In this document: positions 28,746 to 38,044 of the stretch, in pieces
How the letters are laid out: each line of letters starts with the position of its first letter
Numbering within the stretch: the first letter of the stretch is position 1
Source of the DNA: Escherichia phage I29
Length of the DNA stretch: 64,000 nt
Sequence record: ON286975
Strand: one strand, 5' to 3'
Program-made: the position numbers and the translations under genes
The notes under the pieces: generated by a model
Databases searched by the model: none
Seen by the model: the letters and a program-made list of their open reading frames with translations, nothing else
Told to the model about the DNA's origin: nothing

Positions 28746-29275
28746 CAGGTATGCTTCTGATTAACTGGGAAGACCTCTATGGGGACAAAGACCCTGTTGC
28801 GTTTGTTGATCGTAGGTGGAGATACACTGAAGAACAACTGGCGGCAAAAAATTTAACTGCAAAACGCAGAAAGATCATCCAGTGCAAGTACAAATACGCA
28901 CAGTTTGCTGCAAAAGTGTCTCCACAAATCGAGAGCTTTGTGCTTAAATTGTATGACGAGTACCTCAAATTCAAATTGGATTTTGTACAGGTGTACCGTG
29001 CACAGGTACGACCAGATACCAACATATGTAGATGGAAGGTTGTTTGTGACGGTAAAGATTTGCCGCTCAGCTTGACAATTGAGTGGCGTTATGGGTATCA
29101 TGAGTGTGGTCTGTATGATATTTGGGATGTCATTGTAGATCCTGCTAAGCATCTGAACACAGAGGAGCTGGAATATATCAATAAGGTTATTCTCGATATG
29201 TTTTTCAGCTACACCCATGAAAACTCTGAGAAAGAACGGGATAATTTTCTTGACACCCTCAGCTGCCATTTGTAG
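28742..29275 (+). CDS. hypothetical protein
   Basis: ORF in arm orientation. Confidence 0.45.
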   Translation: MTGMLLINWEDLYGDKDPVAFVDRRWRYTEEQLAAKNLTAKRRKIIQCKYKYAQFAAKVSPQIESFVLKLYDEYLKFKLDFVQVYRAQVRPDTNICRWKVVCDGKDLPLSLTIEWRYGYHECGLYDIWDVIVDPAKHLNTEELEYINKVILDMFFSYTHENSEKERDNFLDTLSCHL

Positions 29276-29305
29276 TATACAATTTAACCTACAAAGGGAG
29301 GACCA

Positions 29306-29542
29306 ATGAGTATAAATGTTGTGCTAATAGGTTACCTGGTAATGTCCGTTATAACAGCGGTATTCTTGACAGGTGTATGCATCGTGTCCAGACGAAGGGT
29401 GAAGTTTGATGATTTTATCACCATCATCACTGCTGCACCTTTTTGGCCTGTTGTTATCTTCATCGTGATAATGTGCCTGGTTGATTACTACAAGAATATC
29501 CGTAAGGAGAAAAAGGAGGGTAGGGATGGAGACCGCACCTAA
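29306..29542 (+). CDS. small membrane protein
   Basis: Two hydrophobic segments, basic C-terminus. Confidence 0.4.
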   Translation: MSINVVLIGYLVMSVITAVFLTGVCIVSRRRVKFDDFITIITAAPFWPVVIFIVIMCLVDYYKNIRKEKKEGRDGDRT

Positions 29543-29743
29543 AACTGTTTATACTGTTCTTAAAGAGATTGCGTTCTACGCAGATCTTAGTCAGGCACCT
29601 TTATGGGAAAAGAACATGTATTTAAAATGGTGCGTTAATTTAGGGAGACCTTCCAGTGTTTCAAGCCATGTTTATTGAGATGCTATCTGGGGTATTGTTA
29701 CTGGTAGCCATCTTAGGTGGTGCAGTTCTGATGTATAACTATC

Positions 29744-29947
29744 TTGAAAAAGGAGACAGTAATGGCAAAAAATAAATCTTTAGAGCAGGCTGAAAACCTT
29801 CTCCACGAGCTGGTAAAGGAGTGGAAAGTCGAATACTCAGATTTTAATGCACGAGAGGGTGAAGATTATTGGCCTACGGAGCGCTCCGAGGGTGAATGGT
29901 ATCAAGATTTTATAGAGTGGTTATATCAGACGTGCGATGAGGGGTGA
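29744..29947 (+). CDS. hypothetical protein
   Basis: ORF in arm orientation. Confidence 0.4.
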   Translation: MKKETVMAKNKSLEQAENLLHELVKEWKVEYSDFNAREGEDYWPTERSEGEWYQDFIEWLYQTCDEG

Positions 29948-30414
29948 CGATGTTTGTTAAATATGTAAAAACGTGCCTCAACAGCCTTGGCAGAGAGCAT
30001 TGGTACACCTTGCTTGAAAAAGGAGAAATTTTAACAAAATCTGGAAAGATAACTTTGATACCTCTTGATAGTAAAGGTAAAGACCCGTCACGACTTGTTA
30101 TAGATGATTACGTTACAGGTGTGACGTTCGAGGTCTCTGTGGAGAGGTTAATACGCAGAGCTGGCGGCCCTTATGACCGAAGAGAGTATGTTTTCGATTC
30201 CGTTACAGAGATGGGGGAGCATCCGTCTTTAATGTTCAGGATGGTAATCAGAGATATGAGGTCATCTATAGATAGGATCGTAAAGGACATTAAGGAACCT
30301 TTTAGAGTAAAAGTTAAGAAGTTTTTCGATTCTAAGATTAACATACTCGCCGTTGCACTAGGTGTAGTTCAACTTCTGTTAATTTTGCACTATTTTGAAC
30401 TGTTGTTTAAGTAG
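29944..30414 (+). CDS. hypothetical protein with C-terminal hydrophobic segment
   Basis: ORF in arm orientation. Confidence 0.4.
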   Translation: MTMFVKYVKTCLNSLGREHWYTLLEKGEILTKSGKITLIPLDSKGKDPSRLVIDDYVTGVTFEVSVERLIRRAGGPYDRREYVFDSVTEMGEHPSLMFRMVIRDMRSSIDRIVKDIKEPFRVKVKKFFDSKINILAVALGVVQLLLILHYFELLFK

Positions 30415-30474
30415 TGTGCAACAAGGCACAAAGGATGTGCCATAATTAAACAAATTAAGAAAGAGGTAGAGAGA

Positions 30475-30822
30475 ATGTCAAAGATTAAATCGATATTAAT
30501 GTGGGTAGCTGTTGTGGCTTTTGTAGGATACTGGACTTGGGAAACTGAATTAAAAGATATCGGATATACCAGTCTTGAGAGCAAGGCGTGCATTGGCATA
30601 ACCGATGCATTCAGGCAAAATGCTATGGATCACGAATGTGTCGATGCAGATATAGATGAGAAACTGTCTAAGGACAAGGATTTTTACCATGGTCATGCCT
30701 TGCTTGATAGTGGTGACACTGTAGAATTCTGGTCGTGGTTCCGTGAAGATGGAACAATAAAGACAGCAGTAAAGATTTCCAACAAAGAGTTAATGCTGTT
30801 GCAGCAGAAGGAGGTGCAATGA
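30475..30822 (+). CDS. hypothetical membrane-anchored or secreted protein
   Basis: N-terminal hydrophobic helix. Confidence 0.4.
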   Translation: MSKIKSILMWVAVVAFVGYWTWETELKDIGYTSLESKACIGITDAFRQNAMDHECVDADIDEKLSKDKDFYHGHALLDSGDTVEFWSWFREDGTIKTAVKISNKELMLLQQKEVQ

Positions 30823-31106
30823 TTTGGATATCCTACACTGATGGCACCATGCTGTATACTGCAGGTACCAGATATGAAGTTCAGGAGAACGATAAAAAAT
30901 TTATCGTAAAAACATTTGACAAGGACGACAACCTTTTGCTAGAATTGACTTACAAAGTTGGAGAGGTATCCAATATCCAGTTGGATTGTGGTCATAAAGA
31001 TAATCCACTCAAAAAACCTGGAGTAGGTAAGGCTTCAGAAGAACGTCTGTCTCGTATTGCAGAAAGCGTTTCTCCCCAAAAATCTAAGAAGAGGACTAGA
31101 AAATGA
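30819..31106 (+). CDS. hypothetical protein
   Basis: ATGA-coupled ORF. Confidence 0.4.
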   Translation: MIWISYTDGTMLYTAGTRYEVQENDKKFIVKTFDKDDNLLLELTYKVGEVSNIQLDCGHKDNPLKKPGVGKASEERLSRIAESVSPQKSKKRTRK

Positions 31107-31297
31107 AAAACTTACGTTTTAACACTTATTACTACAACACATTGAATGATTTGTATTATATTGTTCGAAGTAAAAGTCCTGAAACAGTCCTATTCTGCCG
31201 CGAACCTTTCAAAGGGGAGGAAGTAGAGTCTGAGATGAATGTTAGCCAGATCACCTCTTTGTTGCTCTCAGGCGCAATGGAAGAAGCAATATTCTAA
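31103..31297 (+). CDS. hypothetical protein
   Basis: ATGA-coupled ORF. Confidence 0.35.
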   Translation: MKNLRFNTYYYNTLNDLYYIVRSKSPETVLFCREPFKGEEVESEMNVSQITSLLLSGAMEEAIF

Positions 31298-31315
31298 ACC
31301 AGGCGGGAGGGTTTT

Positions 31316-31501
31316 ATGAAGCACTATTGCCTGTCTGGTAGAATGGGTGCAGATTGTGATTGGGTTTTCTTAAAACTTGTCAGCATTCGAGAGTTCATCC
31401 CAGAGGAAGAGCAAGAAAGCGAGCTGATGTCATGGATCAACCATTACGGTAACACTTTTCGGCATGTTAAGGTGGAAGAGTTGCCAAGCGAGGCTGATTG
31501 A
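31316..31501 (+). CDS. hypothetical protein
   Basis: ORF in arm orientation. Confidence 0.35.
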   Translation: MKHYCLSGRMGADCDWVFLKLVSIREFIPEEEQESELMSWINHYGNTFRHVKVEELPSEAD

Positions 31502-31596
31502 CTATGATTGCATCAATATTAACGTTTATGGGTGGCGTGGCATTCGGATTCATTGTTTGCCTGTTTATAGTGATTATGTCTATGCGAGGCTGAATT

Positions 31597-31893
31597 ATGA
31601 AACTTTTTGAGTGGTTTAAAAAGTTTAAATATAAAGCTGTAGCCATCGTGCCGTGGTCCATTCAGTGGGTTGATGAAGGTGGTCTACCAATACCTGGTGA
31701 CAAAGATACTGGGTACTGGATTATGATGGAGAACGGGTTTGGAAAGCGAAAGTATACGTGCACAAACTCTACTCGATCTGCACTTAATAGAGTGCCTGGT
31801 TACAAACTTATGGTTGTGTGGAAAATGTCAGGTGTGCCTCCAGCTAATGCTCAATTTCTTACTGACAATCCGACCACGGTGGAGGGAGATTGA
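31597..31893 (+). CDS. hypothetical protein
   Basis: ORF in arm orientation. Confidence 0.4.
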   Translation: MKLFEWFKKFKYKAVAIVPWSIQWVDEGGLPIPGDKDTGYWIMMENGFGKRKYTCTNSTRSALNRVPGYKLMVVWKMSGVPPANAQFLTDNPTTVEGD

Positions 31894-32177
31894 TAATGAA
31901 AAAGATTAACAGTGGTGAAGTTGAGTTTAAACTTGTCGGGAAAGGCACTTACTGGGAAGTTCGTCAAAAGGTATATTTGTTCGGTCTTATTCCCTATTGG
32001 TCTAAATTCTACTGGGGAGCTAACGAGTGGGGAAGATACGCCACCAAATCAATGGCACTTATTGGTATAGCAGAGTACATTGCAGCCAGAGATAGGGTTG
32101 GAGACACTTATTACTATACTGCGGACGATATTCGTAACAGTGTTTACGTCCCACAACCACCTGATGGAGACCGTTGA
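31890..32177 (+). CDS. hypothetical protein
   Basis: ATGA-coupled ORF. Confidence 0.4.
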   Translation: MIMKKINSGEVEFKLVGKGTYWEVRQKVYLFGLIPYWSKFYWGANEWGRYATKSMALIGIAEYIAARDRVGDTYYYTADDIRNSVYVPQPPDGDR

Positions 32178-32401
32178 TGAAAGTTAAAGTTTTAGATTCA
32201 AGCTTCTATATTGGTCAGGAGCCTTTAGTAGGGAAATTGTTTACTGCTGTCCCTAACGAAGATTACCCTGACCTTTTAAAAATAAAAGGGGCAGATCTTA
32301 TTGCCGCTGGTGCATCTCAGGAATGCTTTGACAGTCAGTGGACCTACAACTTTGCCCTAGGTGAGGATGTAGAGGTAGTGGAGGACGATCATGAAGGTTA
32401 A
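32174..32401 (+). CDS. small acidic protein, MKVKxL paralog family
   Basis: MKVKVLDSSFYIGQ, IKGADLIAAGA, VEVVED. Confidence 0.5.
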   Translation: MMKVKVLDSSFYIGQEPLVGKLFTAVPNEDYPDLLKIKGADLIAAGASQECFDSQWTYNFALGEDVEVVEDDHEG

Positions 32402-32645
32402 AATTCTTGATTCTAACGTCTACTTGGGACAATCCTTCCTGAATGGAAAGGTCGTTCCTGCGGTATACTTTGAAGGGTTGCCGTGGGATGATCCTGTGCG
32501 GCAACATCACAGTTATGTAGGCCACAACGTGGTGTTTATCTTGGGATCAGACCTGATCACCGCTGGTGCACCTGAATATTATTTCGGGGAAGAGTCCTAC
32601 TATGCCTTTGGGGTAGGGTCAGATGCAGATATTGTAGAGCTGTGA
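32391..32645 (+). CDS. small acidic protein, MKVKxL paralog family
   Basis: MKVKILDSNVYLGQ, LGSDLITAGA, DIVEL. Confidence 0.5.
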   Translation: MKVKILDSNVYLGQSFLNGKVVPAVYFEGLPWDDPVRQHHSYVGHNVVFILGSDLITAGAPEYYFGEESYYAFGVGSDADIVEL

Positions 32646-32657
32646 TGGGTAACCGTT

Positions 32658-33056
32658 GTGAAAAATAAACTGTTTAAAGTTACAATGAAAATTCGCGGGG
32701 CTTGGAGCGTAAAGCAAGGGCGTATTCCAGAATTTGAGAAGGACTTCTACGTAGTCTCCACCTCGGAGGAGGCTGCATGCTGGCAGGCTGGCTATGCCTA
32801 TGCAAGAACCTGGTACGAAGGATACCAGACTGGGGGCTATGACGGAGAAATTATCAGCAAGGGTGTAGAAGAAATTAATGTGTTGACAAGTGAAAAAGTT
32901 TTTGTTATAGTGCATCCAGATTCCAGAGTGAAGCATTACTGGAATTCCAGAACAAAAACTTGGACACCGTTTGCAGATTCTGCTACACCACTTTTAAACC
33001 AGAAAGCTCTTGATTCTGTCCCAAGCTATGGGGTTGTTGAAGAAAAGCTAAACTGA
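32658..33056 (+). CDS. hypothetical protein
   Basis: ORF in arm orientation. Confidence 0.4.
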   Translation: MKNKLFKVTMKIRGAWSVKQGRIPEFEKDFYVVSTSEEAACWQAGYAYARTWYEGYQTGGYDGEIISKGVEEINVLTSEKVFVIVHPDSRVKHYWNSRTKTWTPFADSATPLLNQKALDSVPSYGVVEEKLN

Positions 33057-33073
33057 AACAGTGAGGTGCCACT

Positions 33074-33364
33074 ATGATGGATTTAGTTCTGAATATTGAT
33101 AACGCAGGAGAGGTTAAAGACGATGGTGTAACAAGCATGGACCAGCCATGCCCTGCCAAGATTGACTCAAAATGGACCTATAAGTTTGACGGAGAGATCT
33201 TTGCAAATGATGAAAAGGTTGTAGATGCTGCAGCCATTTTGAACGCTCTAGGGTACGACCCTGTAAATTCTTTGATCAAGGATCCTGTTGAGTTTGCAGA
33301 GTATGTTCGAAAAATGGCAGATCTTGCTGTAGATATTTTAAATACTATCGACAACAATCTGTAA
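33074..33364 (+). CDS. hypothetical acidic protein
   Basis: ORF in arm orientation. Confidence 0.4.
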   Translation: MMDLVLNIDNAGEVKDDGVTSMDQPCPAKIDSKWTYKFDGEIFANDEKVVDAAAILNALGYDPVNSLIKDPVEFAEYVRKMADLAVDILNTIDNNL

Positions 33365-33370
33365 AAACTG

Positions 33371-33399
33371 TTGACACAACGCTTCAGATTTAGTATCAT
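33371..33399 (+). promoter_or_regulatory. sigma70-like promoter with 5'-UTR hairpin, upstream of the HPF-like gene
   Basis: TTGACA-17-TATCAT, then agaggg-tttggtt-ccctct hairpin and AAAAGGA RBS. Confidence 0.55.
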
Positions 33400-33446
33400 T
33401 GTTTTCAAAGAGGGTTTGGTTCCCTCTTCTTTAAAAGGAACACGTT

Positions 33447-33764
33447 ATGCAAATTGAAATCACTGGCAACGTAGAAATCACTGAAGGTATGGTGTCTTTC
33501 ATTTCCCACAAAATGTCTAAGCTGGAGCGTTTGCACCCCTCTGCCAACTATGCACGTGTGAGTGTAAAAGTTGAAAATGATCACCAGGAAGTTATGGCGT
33601 TCATTTTTGACAATTCTGGAAAAGAAGTTATTGCCAAAGCTAAAGGCAGTGATGCTTACGAGGCAACTGACCGTATGGTAGATGTTGCAGCACGTCAGCT
33701 GGCTAAATGTGGTGGAAAGAAAGGTAAGGGGAAAGGCAAAGTAAAGATTGACTTTGGAGAATGA
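33447..33764 (+). CDS. ribosome hibernation promoting factor / RaiA (YfiA-HPF family) homolog
   Basis: MQIEITGNVEITEGM...KLERL...VSVKVE...GSDAYEATDRMVDVAARQLAK follows E. coli HPF/YfiA. Confidence 0.75.
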   Translation: MQIEITGNVEITEGMVSFISHKMSKLERLHPSANYARVSVKVENDHQEVMAFIFDNSGKEVIAKAKGSDAYEATDRMVDVAARQLAKCGGKKGKGKGKVKIDFGE

Positions 33765-33901
33765 GGTGCTACAATGGGTGTGATTAAGAAATTAGTCCCA
33801 AATGTAGAGATTGCATGCTTTGAAATTATGTTTGCAATCGCAGTTGTAGTTAATGTGTTAGGTTACGGCTATTAATATCAAATAATTGAGGAGACCTCTA
33901 A

Positions 33902-34171
33902 ATGAAAATTAAATTATTCAAAACTGAGCTGGCAGACAAAAACTGTGGACTGGTTGAAGGCATGATTGTCGAAGCACAACCAGTTGACTATATGAAGGTG
34001 GTTCGTGATGCCCTGGGTGAAGGTTTTGATCTGATGGAGCCAGCTCTGCGCGAAGATGTTATCGAGATGGCTAAAAAGCACACACCTGAAGGTTTGGTGG
34101 TGTTTGTTGCACCGGGTAACGGAGAAGAGTTGATTGTAACTCCTGATGTGTATGAGATTGTAGAGGAATAA
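33902..34171 (+). CDS. small acidic protein (MKIKL/MKVKxL-like)
   Basis: MKIKLFKTEL..., C-terminal EIVEE. Confidence 0.45.
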   Translation: MKIKLFKTELADKNCGLVEGMIVEAQPVDYMKVVRDALGEGFDLMEPALREDVIEMAKKHTPEGLVVFVAPGNGEELIVTPDVYEIVEE

Positions 34172-34262
34172 TCCTGCTTGGATTAGCATACTTCCTCGAT
34201 AAGGAAGATTTGTAATTATTTGTGGGAAAGGAATCCCAATCTCTTACCAGAGGTGATACTAT

Positions 34263-34526
34263 ATGATTGTTTATTTTAAAACTTCAGGTGGATACCCTGA
34301 TTCTCAAAGCTTGATCGGAAAAACGTGCACAGCATACTCACCTCTTGATGAGGAGGTAAGCGATATTCTACGAAATATGTATCGGATTGATCCCCAAGAA
34401 GCTTTTGATCAAAACCTTGTATTTGTCAAGGGCTCAGACATGAAGTCTTTGGGAGCATTCCCTGAAGCAGATGATGATGCCGTTTATTCGTTCATGACCC
34501 CTTTTGAAGCTATGGTTGTTGGGTGA
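34263..34526 (+). CDS. small acidic protein, MKVKxL paralog family (divergent)
   Basis: GYPDSQSLIGK, VKGSDMKSLGA. Confidence 0.45.
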   Translation: MIVYFKTSGGYPDSQSLIGKTCTAYSPLDEEVSDILRNMYRIDPQEAFDQNLVFVKGSDMKSLGAFPEADDDAVYSFMTPFEAMVVG

Positions 34527-34530
34527 TAAT

Positions 34531-34863
34531 ATGAAAGTACGCTTTATTGGTGAAACAATTCCTGTGCATCTCCGGTCGCCTGAAGATTCTGCGGATCTTG
34601 CATCTCAGAAGGCGAGAGGTTATGATAAGAAAGTAATCTCAACCGATGTAGAACTTGAGGCTACTAGTCTACCTGACCCTGCTGCATTCTTCAATCATTA
34701 TGGATACTATTTCAGCAATCTGATGAATATCGGTGAGCTTGTGTTTATTAGTGGTGGAGAGATTGTTAGCAAGCTTGGCGGCGATCCAGATGTCTTTCAT
34801 GAAACCTGTCCTTTTGCATTTGTGGTAGGTTCAGATGTGGAAGTTATTGAGGAGGTGCGGTAA
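34531..34863 (+). CDS. small acidic protein (paralog family, divergent)
   Basis: MKVRFIGE start, FISGGEIVSKLGG, VEVIEE. Confidence 0.45.
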   Translation: MKVRFIGETIPVHLRSPEDSADLASQKARGYDKKVISTDVELEATSLPDPAAFFNHYGYYFSNLMNIGELVFISGGEIVSKLGGDPDVFHETCPFAFVVGSDVEVIEEVR

Positions 34864-35258
34864 TGGTAAGCCTATACCGTGTTGAGTATAGCTCAGATAC
34901 TGTATACAACGTAAGAAGCAAAGATCGCAGCGACAGAGTGCAAGAAATGTATGTTCTTGCCGACAGTCCGTTATCTGCAGCGTTCAAGGCAGGGGCTCTT
35001 GCATCTCGTTGGAAATTTGAAGGCGGATCTTTCTATGAAGAAACCCTTGAAGATTCTGTTGTTATTTCTTCTGTAGAGGTTTCAGACGACTACGAAGGGA
35101 AAAAGTTCGTAATGCGGCACCCACACAGCAACATTGCGTACTACTGGGATGTTCTGAACAACGAGTGGACCCCAGATCTTCAGAAGGCTACTGTGCTAAC
35201 ACCGTTTTTGGCAGATAAGTTCCCACCAGAAGGTAATTTATCCGCACTGTTTCAGTAA
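34863..35258 (+). CDS. hypothetical protein
   Basis: ATGG-coupled ORF. Confidence 0.4.
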   Translation: MVSLYRVEYSSDTVYNVRSKDRSDRVQEMYVLADSPLSAAFKAGALASRWKFEGGSFYEETLEDSVVISSVEVSDDYEGKKFVMRHPHSNIAYYWDVLNNEWTPDLQKATVLTPFLADKFPPEGNLSALFQ

Positions 35259-35275
35259 TTTTCTTGCACACAGGT

Positions 35276-35306
35276 GTTGACAACGCCAACCCTGTGTGAA
35301 ATAATA
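35276..35306 (+). promoter_or_regulatory. sigma70-like promoter
   Basis: TTGACA then A/T-rich -10 region. Confidence 0.45.
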
Positions 35307-35334
35307 CCTTCATCTTAACAAGACAGGAGACCGA

Positions 35335-35595
35335 TTGATGAAGATTAAATTGAAAAACCTTGAAACGGCAGAGATTCAGGACGGTGTTGATTTCCGTTCT
35401 AAAGATGGTGACATCTTAGAGGTAAATATTCCAACCTACGAGCTGATTAAAGGTTTTGGCAACGTTCCGGAAGAGGATATTACAGAAATTCTTATGATGT
35501 TGATTCTTGACGGAACTGTGTTTGTAGGTGAAGGTGAGAACGCTATTGCAATCCCAGGCCATTTTTATGAAGTAGTTGACGAAGAGGTGCTGTAA
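35335..35595 (+). CDS. small acidic protein
   Basis: MMKIKLKNL start, C-terminal EVVDEEVL. Confidence 0.45.
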   Translation: MMKIKLKNLETAEIQDGVDFRSKDGDILEVNIPTYELIKGFGNVPEEDITEILMMLILDGTVFVGEGENAIAIPGHFYEVVDEEVL

Positions 35596-35946
35596 ATGAA
35601 AGTAGAAATTACCGGTTTTGATGTGAATGTGGTTCCGGAAGATATTTTAGCTAAACTTCCAGAAGGTTTTGGTAACGGCGTTGTGGTGGATGCTGTTCCT
35701 CCTACCAAAGACATTCTGCTGCAGTATGGTGTAGCAGAGGAAGATGTCGATAAAGTTCTTACAATGATGGCAATCGATCGTGTTGTCGTTGTTAAAGGTC
35801 TCGATAATTTTGAGAGTGATCCCCTGATTATTCGTGGAGATGACTACAAAATCATCGATAATGAAGGCCAAGAGTTCTATGAACCTTGTGCAGAAGATAT
35901 TCTTAACTTATTACTGGAAGCAGGTACCGAAGAGGAGGACGAATAA
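35596..35946 (+). CDS. small acidic protein
   Basis: MKVEITGFD start, acidic tail. Confidence 0.45.
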   Translation: MKVEITGFDVNVVPEDILAKLPEGFGNGVVVDAVPPTKDILLQYGVAEEDVDKVLTMMAIDRVVVVKGLDNFESDPLIIRGDDYKIIDNEGQEFYEPCAEDILNLLLEAGTEEEDE

Positions 35947-36275
35947 TGAAGATTGACCCGTTACTGAAGGCTCGTGCAGAAAAAGCGTACACCATTAAGC
36001 TGACCAACCTGGTTCCTACTTGTCATCCAGATGTAGGTTGGCCTGAAGGTCTGGTAGAGGGGACTGTAACAGCTGCATACCTCCCTAACATCAAATACCT
36101 TATGGAAATCTTGGAGCTGGATGAGGAAACGGCAGAAGAGTTACAGTTGGACATGAAACAAAGTGGGACTCTGGTTATTCACGGGTGGTATAATACTAAA
36201 GACGCAGAAGACCCTCTTGTAACTTCTAATCTGGCATATGAAATCTTAGGACCTTTGAACCTGGGGGAAGACTAA
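35946..36275 (+). CDS. small acidic protein
   Basis: ATGA-coupled ORF. Confidence 0.45.
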   Translation: MKIDPLLKARAEKAYTIKLTNLVPTCHPDVGWPEGLVEGTVTAAYLPNIKYLMEILELDEETAEELQLDMKQSGTLVIHGWYNTKDAEDPLVTSNLAYEILGPLNLGED

Positions 36276-36568
36276 TGAAAGATCTGGTTAAGATTAAGAT
36301 TAAGATTAAAGATACCAACGGCGAACTCAGCCATTTTGGAATTAATGATGGTGACGAGCTGATCGCACACCTTCCTACCAAGGAAGTTGTAAGCAAGGCG
36401 GTTGCCGGAGAAGAAGATGCAATGCAGGCTGCAGGTGTGGATGAAAACTATGTAGCCATGTGCATGTGCCGAGATCAGGTTGTTCTGTATAAAGCGTATC
36501 GACCAAACGGAGCCACGGAGTGGCTTGTATTCCGACCAGAAGGATATGAAATCTTAGAGGCACTATGA
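36275..36568 (+). CDS. small acidic protein
   Basis: ATGA-coupled ORF. Confidence 0.45.
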   Translation: MKDLVKIKIKIKDTNGELSHFGINDGDELIAHLPTKEVVSKAVAGEEDAMQAAGVDENYVAMCMCRDQVVLYKAYRPNGATEWLVFRPEGYEILEAL

Positions 36569-36657
36569 TAAATCTTGCCAAGGTTGCAACGGCACTATTA
36601 ATTATTTGCTGGTCAGTAACCTTAACACTGTGTCTTGTATTTCAGTAAGGTGCTTGT

Positions 36658-36921
36658 ATGAACATCCTGATGTGGGTTATAGCAGTGGCGTTTGTTGCAT
36701 GTTTTTGCTGCTGGGTTGCGGTGAGGATTTCTGTAGCTACCCTTCGGAAGTTGGGGTTCTCAGAATGGGATATTAATATCCTTTCTTTTCGCAATGAAAC
36801 AATCTCAGCCGCCCTGCTTTGTAAGAAATTTAAGTGGGAACCTTGTGAGGTCATGAGCTATCTAAGAACAGGCGATATCCCTGAAAGATTTAAAAAAGTT
36901 CTTGACGGCAAGGATAAATAA
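36658..36921 (+). CDS. small membrane protein
   Basis: N-terminal hydrophobic helix. Confidence 0.4.
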   Translation: MNILMWVIAVAFVACFCCWVAVRISVATLRKLGFSEWDINILSFRNETISAALLCKKFKWEPCEVMSYLRTGDIPERFKKVLDGKDK

Positions 36922-37076
36922 CAGTATAGTGACTAACAAGAGGTGAGGGGTGACTGATTTTACTGAAGCTTTAATGATGGCCTTGTCTGTTTTAGCGCTA
37001 TCGGTGTGTTTTGGGGCGTTATTCACATCTCTGGTTAAAGTTTTACATACAGTATTATTACCCAAGGAGCGCAGTA

Positions 37077-37328
37077 ATGACGAAGATTGACTTGAATGCT
37101 GGTGATCATGTTGTTGTCAAATGCATTGGAGATTATCTTGGATTCACAATCGGCAATACTTATGAGGCGGTAGTGGCGAAGGTTTATCATGATAAAGTCC
37201 TCAGTCTTGTATTTGACTGCGATGATGATGGGGATGACCGATACGTCTGTGAGGTGCTGGCACGAGACGATAGTGAAGACCAGAAATTCCTGGTTATTGA
37301 ACTGAACGGTATTTTTGTAGAACGTTAA
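37077..37328 (+). CDS. hypothetical acidic protein
   Basis: Start at MTKIDL after AAGGAG RBS. Confidence 0.4.
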   Translation: MTKIDLNAGDHVVVKCIGDYLGFTIGNTYEAVVAKVYHDKVLSLVFDCDDDGDDRYVCEVLARDDSEDQKFLVIELNGIFVER

Positions 37329-37356
37329 TTTAAAACAACATAAGGAGACTCTTACT

Positions 37357-37662
37357 ATGGCTAAATCTAAAGTTGAACTGTTCACCTCTCTTCCTTCTGA
37401 CACTGCAGAACGTGATCGCCTTCGCAAAACAATCGAAGAACTGGTGGAACTCCAGCTTCAGATTAAAGACCTGAAAGATGCCATCAAGGATATCATTCTC
37501 GTTGAGAAGCAGGATCATCTGTATTCTCCTAAATTCATCAAATCTCTGGTGGCTACAGAGTTCGATATTCGCTATGAGGCTGAAAAACGTCGCGCTAAAA
37601 TCGAAGAAGAGGTTGAGCACATGTCTGAGGCAGACATTCTGTTCAAACGCTCTGTAGAATAA
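37357..37662 (+). CDS. hypothetical coiled-coil protein
   Basis: AAGGAGA RBS; charged helical sequence. Confidence 0.45.
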   Translation: MAKSKVELFTSLPSDTAERDRLRKTIEELVELQLQIKDLKDAIKDIILVEKQDHLYSPKFIKSLVATEFDIRYEAEKRRAKIEEEVEHMSEADILFKRSVE

Positions 37663-37670
37663 TGACAAAG

Positions 37671-37697
37671 AGAGGGGCTTGGGCCCCTCTTTTTACT
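37671..37697 (+). terminator. intrinsic terminator
   Basis: agaggggc-ttg-ggcccctct then ttttact. Confidence 0.6.
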
Positions 37698-37717
37698 ATC
37701 TATGAAGGAGATTTGAG

Positions 37718-38044
37718 ATGGGTATACCGATCACTGTAAAAGAATTGAATGAGCGTGATGCAGGCGGTCTATGGCCTGCACGAAAAATACGCTGCGTCCG
37801 TATGAAAGAGAATCTTGAACATCTTGATCAACAGATCAAGGTAGGTGATATTTTTGAGGTCTTCTATTCCAATCGTCGCAACTGGGAAACCATTCAGCCT
37901 TCTGGTTTTGTTCTTGCCAAACTTGACACCGGAGAAGTGATTATCCCTGGGTTAGATATTGTCTTCGAAATTATCCAGGAGTGGGATCCGGATAAGATTA
38001 GATACGAAGAGTTATTCGGTAAAGGTATTATCAAACCTGTGTGA
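37718..38044 (+). CDS. hypothetical protein
   Basis: ORF in arm orientation. Confidence 0.4.
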   Translation: MGIPITVKELNERDAGGLWPARKIRCVRMKENLEHLDQQIKVGDIFEVFYSNRRNWETIQPSGFVLAKLDTGEVIIPGLDIVFEIIQEWDPDKIRYEELFGKGIIKPV

